This document shows positions 25,501-38,290 of a stretch of 64,000 nucleotides of DNA, one piece after another. This DNA is from Camelus dromedarius. Its lineage: Eukaryota. The stretch is taken from NCBI RefSeq assembly GCF_036321535.1, contig NC_087436.1, positions 1,426,001 to 1,490,000 on the forward strand, given 5' to 3'. The notes under the pieces were generated by a model. That model ran no database searches. It was not told where the DNA came from and was given only the letters and a program-made list of their open reading frames with translations. A program made the position numbers and the translations under genes. Numbering within the stretch: position 1 is the stretch's first letter; each line of letters opens with the position of its first letter.

Positions 25501-28500
25501 CAGTCTGTTTCCTAGTGCCGGGTTGAAATTCCTGCAGTTTTCACTGTAAAACCGAGTTGGAGCTAGTACCTCCCTTTATATATGTATGGAATGGAGTTTG
25601 CAACTGAAAAGAAACTTTGTGTTCCCAACAAGCTAGGTGAAGGACGGCTTTCACACACACTTATCTCTCAGAACTGAGCAAGTGGAGAGACGTTCGTTCA
25701 TCTAGCACCAAGGGAACGGGTTGCAGGAGTCACTTTTTCTCTGCTTTCTCAGTCTGTTTCCTAGTGCCGGTTTGAAGTTCCTGCAGTTTTCACTGTAAAA
25801 CCGAGTTGGATCTAGTATCTCCCCATATATATGTATGGAATGGAGTTTACAACTGAAAAGAAACTTTGTGTTCCCAACAAGCTAGGTGAAGGACGGCTTT
25901 CACACACACTTATCTCTCAGAACTGAGCAAGTGGAGAGACGTTCGTTCATCTAGCACCAAGGGAACGGGTTGCAGGAGACAATTTTTCTCTGCTTTCTCA
26001 GTCTGTTTCCTAGTGCCGGTTTGATGTTCCTGCAGTTTTCACTGTAAAACCGAGTTGGAGCTAGTACCTCCCCATATATATGTATGGAATGGAGTTTGCA
26101 ACTGAAAAGAAACTTTTTGTTCCCAACAAGCTAGGTGAAGGACGGCTTTCACACCTCCTATTTCTCAGAACTGAGAAATGGAGAGACGTTCGTTCATCTA
26201 GCACCAAGGGAACGGGTTGCAGGAGACACTTTTTCTCAGCTTTCTCAGTCTGTTTCCTAGTGCCGGTTTGAAGTTCGTGCAGTTTTCACTGTCAAAAGGA
26301 GTTGGAGCTAGTACCTCCCCTTATATATGTATGGAATGGAGTTTGCAACTGAAAAGAAACTTTGTGTTCCCAACAAGCTAGGTAAAGGATGGCTTTCACA
26401 CACACTTATCTCTCAGAACAGAGCAAGTGGAGAGACGTTCGTTCATCTAGCACCAAGGGAACGGGTTGCAGGAGACACTTTTTCTCTGCTTTCTCCATCT
26501 GTTTCCTAGTGCCGGTTTGAAGTTCCTGCAGTTTTCACTGTAAAACCGAGTTGGAGCTAGTACCTCCCCATATATATGTATGGAATGGAGTTTGCAACTG
26601 AAAAGAAACTTTGTGTTCCCAACAAGCTAGGTGAAGGACGGCTTTCACACACACTTATCTCTCAGAACTGAGCAAGTGGAGAGACGTTCGTTCATCTAGC
26701 ACCAAGGGAACGGGTTGCAGGAGACACTTTTTCTCTGCTTTCTCAGTCTGTTTCCTAGTGCCGGTTTGAAGTTCCTGCAGTTTTCACTGTAAATCCGAGT
26801 TGGAGCTAGTACCTCCCCATATATATGTATGGAATGGATTTTGCAACTGAAAAGAAACTTTGTGTTCCCAACAAGCTAGGTGAAGGACGCCTTTCACACA
26901 CACTTATCTCTCAGAACTGAGCAAGTGGAGAGACGTTCGTTCATCTAGCACCAAGGGAACGGGTTGCAGGAGACACTTTTTCTCTGCTTTCTCAGTCTGT
27001 TTCCTAGTGCCGGGTTGATGTTCCTGCAGTTTTCACTGTAAAACCGAGTTGGAGCTAGTACCTCCCAATATATATGTATGGAATTGAGTTTGCAACTGAA
27101 AAGAAACTTTGTGTTCCCAACAAGCTAGGTGAAGGACGGCTTTCACACACACTTATTTCTCAGAACTGAGCAAGTGGAGAGACGTTCGTTCATCTAGCAC
27201 CAAGGGAACGGGTTGCAGGAGACACTTTTTCTCTGCTTTCTCAGTCTGTTTCCTAGTGCCGGGTTGAAGTTCCTGCAGTTTTCACTGTAAAACCGAGTTG
27301 GAGCTAGTACCTCCCCATATATATGTATGGAATGGAGTTTGCAACTGAAAAGAAACTTTGTGTTCCCAACAAGCTAGGTGAAGGACGGCTTTCACACACA
27401 CTTATCTCTCAGAACTGAGCAAGTGGAGAGACGTTCGTTCATCTAGCACCAAGGGAACGGGTTGCAGGAGACACTTTTTCTCTGCTTTCTCAGTCTGTTT
27501 CCTAGTGCCGGTTTGAAGTTCCTGCAGTTTTCACTGTAAAACCGAGTTGGAGCTAGTACCTCCCCATATATATGTATGGAATGGAGAATGCAACTGAAAA
27601 GAAACTTTGTGTTCCCAACAAGCTAGGTGAAGGACGGCTTTCACACACACTTATCTCTCAGAACTGAGCAAGTGGAGAGACGTTCGTTCATCTAGCACCA
27701 AGGGAACGGGTTGCAGGAGAAACTTTTTCTCTGCTTTCTCAGTCTGTTTCCTAGTGCCGGGTTGATGTTCCTGCAGTTTTCACTGTAAAACCGAGTTGGA
27801 GCTAGTACCTCCCCATATATATGTATGGAATGGAGTTTGCAACTGAAAAGAAACTTTGTGTTCCCAACAAGCAAGGTGAAGGACGGCTTTCACACACACT
27901 TATTTCTCAGAACTGAGCAAGTGGAGAGACGTTCGTTCATCTAGCACCAAGGGAACGGGTTGCAGGAGACACTTTTTCTCTGCTTTCTCAGTCTGTTTCC
28001 TAGTGCCGGGTTGAAGTTCCTGCAGTTTTCACTGTAAAACCGAGTTGGAGCTAGTACCTCCCCATATATATGTATGGAATGGAGTTTGCAACTGAAAAGA
28101 AACTTTGTGTTCCCAACAAGCTAGGTGAAGGACGGCTTTCACACACACTTATCTCTCAGAACTGAGCAAGTGGAGAGACGTTCGTTCATCTAGCACCAAG
28201 GGAACGGGTTGCAGGAGACACTTTTTCTCTGCTTTCTCAGTCTGTTTCCTAGTGCCGGTTTGAAGTTCCTGCAGTTTTCACTGTAAAACCGAGTTGGAGC
28301 TAGTACCTCCCTTTATATATGTATGGAAAGGAGTTTGCAACTGAAAAGAAACTTTGTGTTCCCAACAAGCTAGGTGAAGGACGGCTTTCACACACACTTA
28401 TCTCTCAGAACTGAGCAAGTGGAGAGACGTTCGTTCATCTAGCACCAAGGGAACGGGTTGCAGGAGACACTTTTTCTCTGCTTTCTCAGTCTGTTTCCTA

Positions 28501-31500
28501 GTGCCGGTTTGAAGTTCCTGCAGTTTTCACTGTAAAACCGAGTTGGAGCTAGTACCTCCCTTTATATATGTATGGAAAGGAGTTTGCAACTGAAAAGAAA
28601 CTTTGTGTTCCCAACAAGCTAGGTGAAGGACGGCTTTCACACACACTTATCTCTCAGAACTGAGCAAGTGGAGAGACGTTCGTTCATCTAGCACCAAAGG
28701 AACGGGTTGCAGGAGACACTTTTTCTCTGCTTTCTCAGTCTGTTTCGTAGTGCCGGTTTGAAGTTCCTGCAGTTTTCACTGTAAAACCGAGTTGGAGCTA
28801 GTACCTCCCAATATATATGTATGGAATGGAGTTTGCAACTGAAAAGAATCTTTGTGTTCCCAACAAGCTAGATGAAGGACGGCTTTCACACACACTTATC
28901 TCTCAGAACTGAGCAAGTGGAGAGACGTTCGTTCATCTAGCACCAAGGGAACGGGTTGCAGGAGACACTTTTTCTCTGCTTTCTCAGTCTGTTTCCTAGT
29001 GCCGGTTTGATGTTCCTGCAGTTTTCAATGTAAACCCGAGTTGGAGCTAGTACCTCAAAATATATATGTATGGAATGGAGTTTGCAACTGAAAAGAATCT
29101 TTGTGTTCCCAACAAGCTAGGTGAAGGACGGCTTTCACACACACTTATCTCTCAGAACTGAGCAAGTGGAGAGACGTTCGTTCATCTAGCACCAAGGGAA
29201 CGGGTTGCAGGAGACACTTTTTCTCTGCTTTCTCAGTCTGTTTCCTAGTGCCGGTTTGAAGTTCCTGCAGTTTTCACTGTAAAACCGAGTTGGAGCTAGT
29301 ACCTCCCCATATATATGTATGGAATGGAGTTTGCAACTGAAAAGAAACTTTGTGTTCCCAACAAGCTAGGTGAAGGACGGCTTTCACACACACTTATCTC
29401 TCAGAACTGAGCAAGTGGAGAGACGTTCGTTCATCTAGCACCAAGGGAACGGGTTGCAGGAGACACTTTTTCTCTGCTTTCTCAGTCTGTTTCCTAGTGC
29501 CGGTTTGAAGTTCCTGCAGTTTTCACTGTAAAACCGAGTTGGAGCTAGTACCTCCCCATATATATGTATGGAATGGGGTTTGCAACTGAAAAGAAACTTT
29601 GTGTTCCCAACAAGCTAGGTGAAGGACGGCTTTCACACACACTTATCTCTCAGAACTGAGCAAGTGGAGAGACGTTCGTTCATCTAGCACCAAGGGAACG
29701 GGTTGCAGGAGACACTTTTTCTCTGCTTTCTCAGTCTGTTTCCTAGTGCCGGTTTGAAGTTCCTGCAGTTTTCACTGTAAAACCGAGTTGGAGCTAGTAC
29801 CTCCCCATATAAATGTATGGAATGGTGTTTGCAACTGAAAAGAAACTTTGTGTTCCCAACAAGCTAGGTGAAGGACGGCTTTCACACACACTTATCTCTC
29901 AGAACTGAGCAAGTGGAGAGACGTTCGTTCATCTAGCACCAAGGGAACGGGTTGCAGGAGACACTTTTTCTCTGCTTTCTCAGTCTGTTTCCTAGTGCCG
30001 GTTTGAAGTTCCTGCAGTTTTCACTGTAAAACCGAGTTGGAGCTAGTACCTCCCCATATATATGTATGGAATGGTGTTTGCAACTGAAAAGAAACTTTGT
30101 GTTCCCAACAAGCTAGGTGAAGGACGGCTTTCACACACACTTATCTCTCAGAACTGAGGAAGTGGAGAGACGTTCTTTCATCTAGCACCAAGGGAACGGG
30201 TTGCAGGAGACACTTTTTCTCTGCTTTCTCAGTCTGTTTCCTAGTGCCGGTTTGAAGTTCCTGCAGTTTTCACTGTAAAACCGAGTTGGAGCTTGTACCT
30301 CCCAATATATATGTATGGAATGGAGTTTGCAACTGAAAAGAATCTTTGTGTTCCCAACAAGCTAGGTGAAGGACGGCTTTCACACACACTTATCTCTCAG
30401 AACTGAGCAAGTGGAGAGACGTTCGTTCATCTAGCACCAAGGGAACGGGTTGCAGGAGACACTTTTTCTCTGCTTTCTCAGTCTGTTTCCTAGTGCCGGT
30501 TTGAAGTTCCTGCAGTTTTCACTGTAAAACCGAGTTGGAGCTAGTACCTCCCCTTATATATGTATGGAATGGATTTTGCAACTGAAAAGAAACTTTGTGT
30601 TCCCAACAAGCTAGGTGAAGGACGGCTTTCACACACACTTATCTCTCAGAACTGAGCAAGTGGAGAGACGTTCGTTCATCTAGCACCAAGGGAACGGGTT
30701 GCAGGAGACACTTTTTCTCTGCTTTCTCAGTCTGTTTCCTAGTGCCGGTTTGAAGTTCCTGCAGTTTTCACTGTAAAACCGAGTTGGAGCTAGTACCTCC
30801 CCATATATATGTATGGAATGGAGTTTGCAACTGAAAAGAAACTTTGTGTTCCCAAGAAGCTAGGTGAAGGACGGCTTTCACACACATTTATCTCTCAGAA
30901 CTGAGCAAGTGGAGAGAAGTTCGTTCATCTAGCACCAAGGGAACGGGTTGCAGGAGACACTTTTTCTCTGCTTTCTCAGTCTGTTTCCTAGTGCCGGTTT
31001 GAAGTTCCTGCAGTTTTCACTGTAAAACCGAGTTGGAGCTAGTACCTCCCCATATATATGTATGGATTGGAGAATGCAACTGAAAAGAAACTTTGTGTTC
31101 CCAACAAGCTAGGTGAAGGACGGCTTTCACACACACTTATCTCTCAGAACTGAGCAAGTGCAGAGACGTTCGTTCATCTAGCACCAAGGGAACGGGTTGC
31201 AGGAGACACTTTTTCTCTGCTTTCTCAGTCTGTTTCCTAGTGCCGGTTTGAAGTTCCTGCAGTTTTCACTGTAAAACCGAGTTGGAGCTAGTACCTCCCC
31301 ATATATATGTATGGAATGGAGTTTGCAACTGAAAAGAAACTTTGTGTTCCCAACAAGCTAGGTGAAGGACGGCTTTCACACACACTTATTTCTCAGAACT
31401 GAGCAAGTGGAGAGACTTTCGTTCATCTAGCACCAAGGGAACGGGTTGCAGGAGACACTTTCTCTCTGCTTTCTCAGTCTGTTTCCTAGTGCCGGGTTGA

Positions 31501-34500
31501 AGTTCCTGCAGTTTTCACTGTAAAACCGAGTTGGAGCTAGTACCTCCCCATATATATGTATGGAATGGAGTTTGCAACTGAAAAGAAACTTTGTGTTCCC
31601 AACAAGCTAGGTGAAGGACGGCTTTCACACACACTTATCTCTCAGAACTGAGCAAGTGGAGAGACGTTCGTTCATCTAGCACCAAGGGAACGGGTTGCAG
31701 GAGACACTTTTTCTCTGCTTTCTCAGTCTGTTTCCTAGTGCCGGTTTGAAGTTCCTGCAGTTTTCACTGTAAAACCGAGTTGGAGCTAGTACCTCCCCAT
31801 ATATATGTATGGAATGGAGAATGCAACTGAAAAGAAACTTTGTGTTCCCAACAAGCTAGGTGAAGGACGGCTTTCACACACACTTATCTCTCAGAACTGA
31901 GCAAGTGGAGAGACGTTCGTTCATCTAGCACCAAGGGAACGGGTTGCAGGAGACACTTTTTCTCTGCTTTCTCAGTCTGTTTCCTAGTGCCGGTTTGAAG
32001 TTCCTGCAGTTTTCACTGTAAAACCGAGTTGGAGCTAGTACCTCCCCATATATATGTATGGAATGGAGTTTGCAACTGAAAAGAAACTTTGTGTTCCTAA
32101 CAAGCTAGGTGAAGGAAGGCTTTCACACACACTTATCTCTCAGAACTGAGCAAGTGGAGATTCGTTCGTTCATCTAGCACCAAGGGAACGGGTTGCAGGA
32201 GACACTTTTTCTCTGCTTTCTCAGTCTGTTTCCTAGTGCCGGTTTGAAGTTCCTGCAGTTTTCACTGTAAAACCGAGTTGGAGCTAGTACCTCCCCATAT
32301 ATATGTATGGAATGGGGTTTGCAACTGAAAAGAAACTTTGTGTTCCCAACAAGCTAGGTGAAGGACGGCTTTCACACACACTTAACTCTCAGAACTGAGC
32401 AAGTGGAGAGACGTTCGTTCATCTAGAACCAAGGGAACGGGTTGCAGGAGACACTTTTTCTCTGCTTTCTCAGTATGTTTCCTAGTGCCGGTTTGAAGTT
32501 CCTGCAGTTTTCACTGTAAAACCGAGTTGGAGCTAGTACCTCCCCTTATATAATTATGGAAAGGAGTTTGCAACTGAAAAGAAACTTTGTGTTCCCAACA
32601 AGCTAGGTGAAGGACGGCTTTCACACACACTTATCTCTCAGAACTGAGCAAGTGGAGAGACGTTCGTTCATCTAGCACCAAGGGAACGGGTTGCAGGAGA
32701 CACTTTTTCTCTGCTTTCTCAGTCTGTTTCCTAGTGCCGGGTTGAAGTTCCTGCAGTTTTCACTGTAAAACCGAGTTGGAGCTAGAACCTCCCCATATAT
32801 ATGTATGGAATGGAGTTTGCAACTGAAAAGAAACTTTGTGTTCCCAACAATCTAGGTGAAGGACGGCTTTCACACACACTTATCTCTCAGAACTGAGCAA
32901 GTTGAGAGACGTTCTTTCATCTAGGACCAAGGGAACGGGTTGAAGGAGACACTCTTTCTCTGCTTTCTCAGTCTGTTTCCTAGTGCCGGTTTGAAGTTCC
33001 TGCAGTTTTCACTGTCAAACCGAGTTGGAGCTAGTACCTCCCCATATATATGTATGGAATGGAGTTTGCAACTGAAAAGAAACTTTGTGTTCCCAACAAG
33101 CTAGGTGAAGGGCGGCTTTCACACACACTTATCTCTCAGAACTGAGCAAGTGGAGAGACGTTCGTTCATCTAGCACCAAGGGAACGGGTTGCAGGAGACA
33201 CTTTTTCTCTGCTTTCTCAGTCTGTTTCCTAGTGCCGGTTTGAAGTTCCTGCAGTTTTCACTGTCAAACCGAGTTGGAGCTAGTACCTCCCCATATATAT
33301 GTATGGAATGGAGTTTGCAACTGAAAAGAAACTTTGTGTTCCCAACAAGCTAGGTGAAGGACGGCTTTCACACACACTTATCTCTCAGAACTGAGCAAGT
33401 GGAGAGACGTTCGTTCATCTAGCACCAAGGGAACGGGTTGCAGGAGACACTTTTTCTCTGCTTTCTCAGTCTGTTTCCTAGTGCCGGTTTGAAGTTCCTG
33501 CAGTTTTCACTGTAAAACCGAGTTGGAGCTAGTACCTCCCAATATATATGTATGGAATGGAGTTTGCAACTGAAAAGAATCTTTGTGTTCCCAACAAGCT
33601 AGGTGAAGGACGGCTTTCACACACACTTATCTCTCAGAACTGAGCAAGTGGAGAGACGTTCGTTCATCTAGCACCAAGGGAACGGGTTGCAGGAGACACT
33701 TTTTCTCTGCTTTCTCAGTCTGTTTCCAAGTGCCGGTTTGAAGTTCCTGCAGTTTTCACTGTAAAACCGAGTTGGAGCTAGTACCTCCCCATATATATGT
33801 ATGGAATGGAGTTTGCAACTGAAAAGAAACTTTGTGTTCCCAACAAGCTAGGTGAAGGACGGCTTTCACACACACTTATCTCTCAGAACTGAGCAAGTGG
33901 AGAGACGTTCGTTCATCTAGCACCAAGGGAACGGGTTGCAGGAGACACTTTTTCTCTGCTTTCTCAGTCTGTTTCCTAGTGCCGGTTTGAAGTTCCTGCA
34001 GTTTTCAGTGTAAAACCGAGTTGGAGCTAGTACCTCCCAATATATATGTATGGAATGGAGTTTGCAACTGAAAAGAAACTTTGTGTTCCCAACAAGCTAG
34101 GTGAAGGACGGCTTTCACACACACTTATTTCTCAGAACTGAGCAAGTGGAGAGACGTTCGTTCATCTATCACCAAGGGAACGGGTTGCAGGAGACACTTT
34201 TTCTCTGCTTTCTCAGTCTGTTTCCTAGTGCCGGGTTGAAGTTCCTGCAGTTTTCACTGTAAAACCGAGTTGGAGCTAGTACCTCCCCATATATATGTAT
34301 GGAATGGAGTTTGCAACTGAAAAGAAACTTTGTGTTCCCAACAAGCTAGGTGAAGGACGGCTTTCACACACACTTATCTCTCAGAACTGAGCAAGTGGAG
34401 AGCGTTCGTTCATCTAGCACCAAGGGAACGGGTTGCAGGAGGCACTTTTTCTCTGCTTTCTCAGTCTGTTTCCTAGTGCCGGTTTGAAGTTCCTGCAGTT

Positions 34501-37500
34501 TTCACTGTAAAACCGAGTTGGAGCTAGTACCTCCCCATATATATGTATGGAATGGAGAATGCAACTGAAAAGAAACTTTGTGTTCCCAACAAGCTAGGTG
34601 AAGGACGGCTTTCACACACACTTATCTCTCAGAACTGAGCAAGTGGAGAGACGTTCGTTCATCTAGCACCAAGGGAACGGGTTGCAGGAGACACTTTTTC
34701 TCTGCTTTCTCAGTCTGTTTCCTAGTGCCGGTTTGAAGTTCCTGCAGTTTTCACTGTAAAACCGAGTTGGAGCTAGTACCTCCCCATATATATGTATGGA
34801 ATGGAGTTTGCAACTGAAAAGAAACTTTGTGTTCCCAACAAGCTAGGTGAAGGACGGCTTTCACACACACTTATCTCTCAGAACTGAGCAAGTGGAGAGA
34901 CGTTCGTTCATCTAGCACCAAGGGAACGGGTTGCAGGAGACACTTTTTCTCTGCTTTCTCAGTCTGTTTCCTAGTGCCGGTTTGAAGTTCCTGCAGTTTT
35001 CACTGTAAAACCGAGTTGGAGCTAGTACCTCCCAATATATATGTATGGAATGGAGTTTGCAACTGAAAAGAAACTTTGTGTTCCCAACAAGCTAGGTGAA
35101 GGACGGCTTTCACACACACTTATTTCTCAGAACTGAGCAAGTGGAGAGACTTTCGTTCATCTAGCACCAAGGGAACGGGTTGCAGGAGACACTTTCTCTC
35201 TGCTTTCTCAGTCTGTTTCCTAGTGCCGGGTTGAAGTTCCTGCAGTTTTCACTGTAAAACCGAGTTGGAGCTAGTACCTCCCCATATATATGTATGGAAT
35301 GGAGTTTGCAACTGAAAAGAAACTTTGTGTTCCCAACAAGCTAGGTGAAGGACGGCTTTCACACACACTTATCTCTCAGAACTGAGCAAGTGGAGAGACG
35401 TTCGTTCATCTAGCACCAAGGGAACGGGTTGCAGGAGACACTTTTTCTCTGCTTTCTCAGTCTGTTTCCTAGTGCCGGTTTGAAGTTCCTGCAGTTTTCA
35501 CTGTAAAACCGAGTTGGAGCTAGTACCTCCCCATATATATGTATGGAATGGAGAATGCAACTGAAAAGAAACTTTGTGTTCCCAACAAGCTAGGTGAAGG
35601 ACGGCTTTCACACACACTTATCTCTCAGAACTGAGCAAGTGGAGAGACGTTCGTTCATCTAGCACCAAGGGAACGGGTTGCAGGAGACACTTTTTCTCTG
35701 CTTTCTCAGTCTGTTTCCTAGTGCCGGTTTGAAGTTCCTGCAGTTTTCACTGTAAAACCGAGTTGGAGCTAGTACCTCCCCATATATATGTATGGAATGG
35801 AGTTTGCAACTGAAAAGAAACTTTGTGTTCCCAACAAGCTAGGTGAAGGACGGCTTTCACACACACTTAACTCTCAGAACTGAGCAAGTGGAGAGACGTT
35901 CGTTCATCTAGAACCAAGGGAACGGGTTGCAGGAGACACTTTTTCTCTGCTTTCTCAGTATGTTTCCTAGTGCCGGTTTGAAGTTCCTGCAGTTTTCACT
36001 GTAAAACCGAGTTGGAGCTAGTACCTCCCCTTATATAATTATGGAAAGGAGTTTGCAACTGAAAAGAAACTTTGTGTTCCCAACAAGCTAGGTGAAGGAC
36101 GGCTTTCACACACACTTATCTCTCAGAACTGAGCAAGTGGAGAGACGTTCGTTCATCTAGCACCAAGGGAACGGGTTGCAGGAGACACTTTTTCTCTGCT
36201 TTCTCAGTCTGTTTCCTAGTGCCGGGTTGAAGTTCCTGCAGTTTTCACTGTAAAACCGAGTTGGAGCTAGAACCTCCCCATATATATGTATGGAATGGAG
36301 TTTGCAACTGAAAAGAAACTTTGTGTTCCCAACAATCTAGGTGAAGGACGGCTTTCACACACACTTATCTCTCAGAACTGAGCAAGTTGAGAGACGTTCT
36401 TTCATCTAGGACCAAGGGAACGGGTTGAAGGAGACACTCTTTCTCTGCTTTCTCAGTCTGTTTCCTAGTGCCGGTTTGAAGTTCCTGCAGTTTTCACTGT
36501 CAAACCGAGTTGGAGCTAGTACCTCCCCATATATATGTATGGAATGGAGTTTGCAACTGAAAAGAAACTTTGTGTTCCCAACAAGCTAGGTGAAAGGCGG
36601 CTTTCACACACACTTATCTCTCAGAACTGAGCAAGTGGAGAGACGTTCGTTCATCTAGCACCAAGGGAACGGGTTGCAGGAGACACTTTTTCTCTGCTTT
36701 CTCAGTCTGTTTCCTAGTGCCGGTTTGAAGTTCCTGCAGTTTTCACTGTCAAACCGAGTTGGAGCTAGTACCTCCCCATATATATGTATGGAATGGAGTT
36801 TGCAACTGAAAAGAAACTTTGTGTTCCCAACAAGCTAGGTGAAGGACGGCTTTCACACACACTTATCTCTCAGAACTGAGGAAGTGGAGAGACGTTCGTT
36901 CATCTAGCACCAAGGGAACGGGTTGCAGGAGACACTTTTTCTCTGCTTTCTCAGTCTGTTTCCTAGTGCCGGTTTGAAGTTCCTGCAGTTTTCACTGTAA
37001 AACCGAGTTGGAGCTAGTACCTCCCAATATATATGTATGGAATGGAGTTTGCAACTGAAAAGAATCTTTGTGTTCCCAACAAGCTAGGTGAAGGACGGCT
37101 TTCACACACACTTATCTCTCAGAACTGAGCAAGTGGAGAGACGTTCGTTCATCTAGCACCAAGGGAACGGGTTGCAGGAGACACTTTTTCTCTGCTTTCT
37201 CAGTCTGTTTCCAAGTGCCGGTTTGAAGTTCCTGCAGTTTTCACTGTAAAACCGAGTTGGAGCTAGTACCTCCCCATATATATGTATGGAATGGAGTTTG
37301 CAACTGAAAAGAAACTTTGTGTTCCCAACAAGCTAGGTGAAGGACGGCTTTCACACACACTTATCTCTCAGAACTGAGCAAGTGGAGAGACGTTCGTTCA
37401 TCTAGCACCAAGGGAACGGGTTGCAGGAGACACTTTTTCTCTGCTTTCTCAGTCTGTTTCCTAGTGCCGGTTTGAAGTTCCTGCAGTTTTCACTGTAAAA

Positions 37501-38290
37501 CCGAGTTGGAGCTAGTACCTCCCAATATATATGTATGGAATGGAGTTTGCAACTGAAAAGAAACTTTGTGTTCCCAACAAGCTAGGTGAAGGACGGCTTT
37601 CACACACACTTATTTCTCAGAACTGAGCAAGTGGAGAGACGTTCGTTCATCTAGCACCAAGGGAACGGGTTGCAGGAGACACTTTTTCTCTGCTTTCTCA
37701 GTCTGTTTCCTAGTGCCGGGTTGAAGTTCCTGCAGTTTTCACTGTAAAACCGAGTTGGAGCTAGTACCTCCCCATATATATGTATGGAATGGAGTTTGCA
37801 ACTGAAAAGAAACTTTGTGTTCCCAACAAGCTAGGTGAAGGACGGCTTTCACACACACTTATCTCTCAGAACTGAGCAAGTGGAGAGCGTTCGTTCATCT
37901 AGCACCAAGGGAACGGGTTGCAGGAGGCACTTTTTCTCTGCTTTCTCAGTCTGTTTCCTAGTGCCGGTTTGAAGTTCCTGCAGTTTTCTCTGTAAAACCG
38001 AGTTGGAGCTAGTACCTCCCCATATATATGTATGGAATGGAGAATGCAACTGAAAAGAAACTTTGTGTTCCCAACAAGCTAGGTGAAGGACGGCTTTCAC
38101 ACACACTTATCTCTCAGAACTGAGCAAGTGGAGAGACGTTCGTTCATCTAGCACCAAGGGAACGGGTTGCAGGAGACACTTTTTCTCTGCTTTCTCAGTC
38201 TGTTTCCTAGTGCCGGGTTGAAGTTCCTGCAGTTTTCACTGTAAAACCGAGTTGGAGCTAGTACCTCCCTTTATATATGTATGGAAAGGA
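22170..38290 (+). repeat. Three copies of a ~13-15 monomer block (starting near 22.2, 31.4 and 35.1 kb)
   Basis: TAATTATGGAAAGG occurs at 23341, 32551 and 36036. The 1-bp deletion GGAGAGCGTTCG occurs at 25191, 34401 and 37886. Offsets are 9210 (37 monomers) and 3485 (14 monomers). Confidence 0.85.
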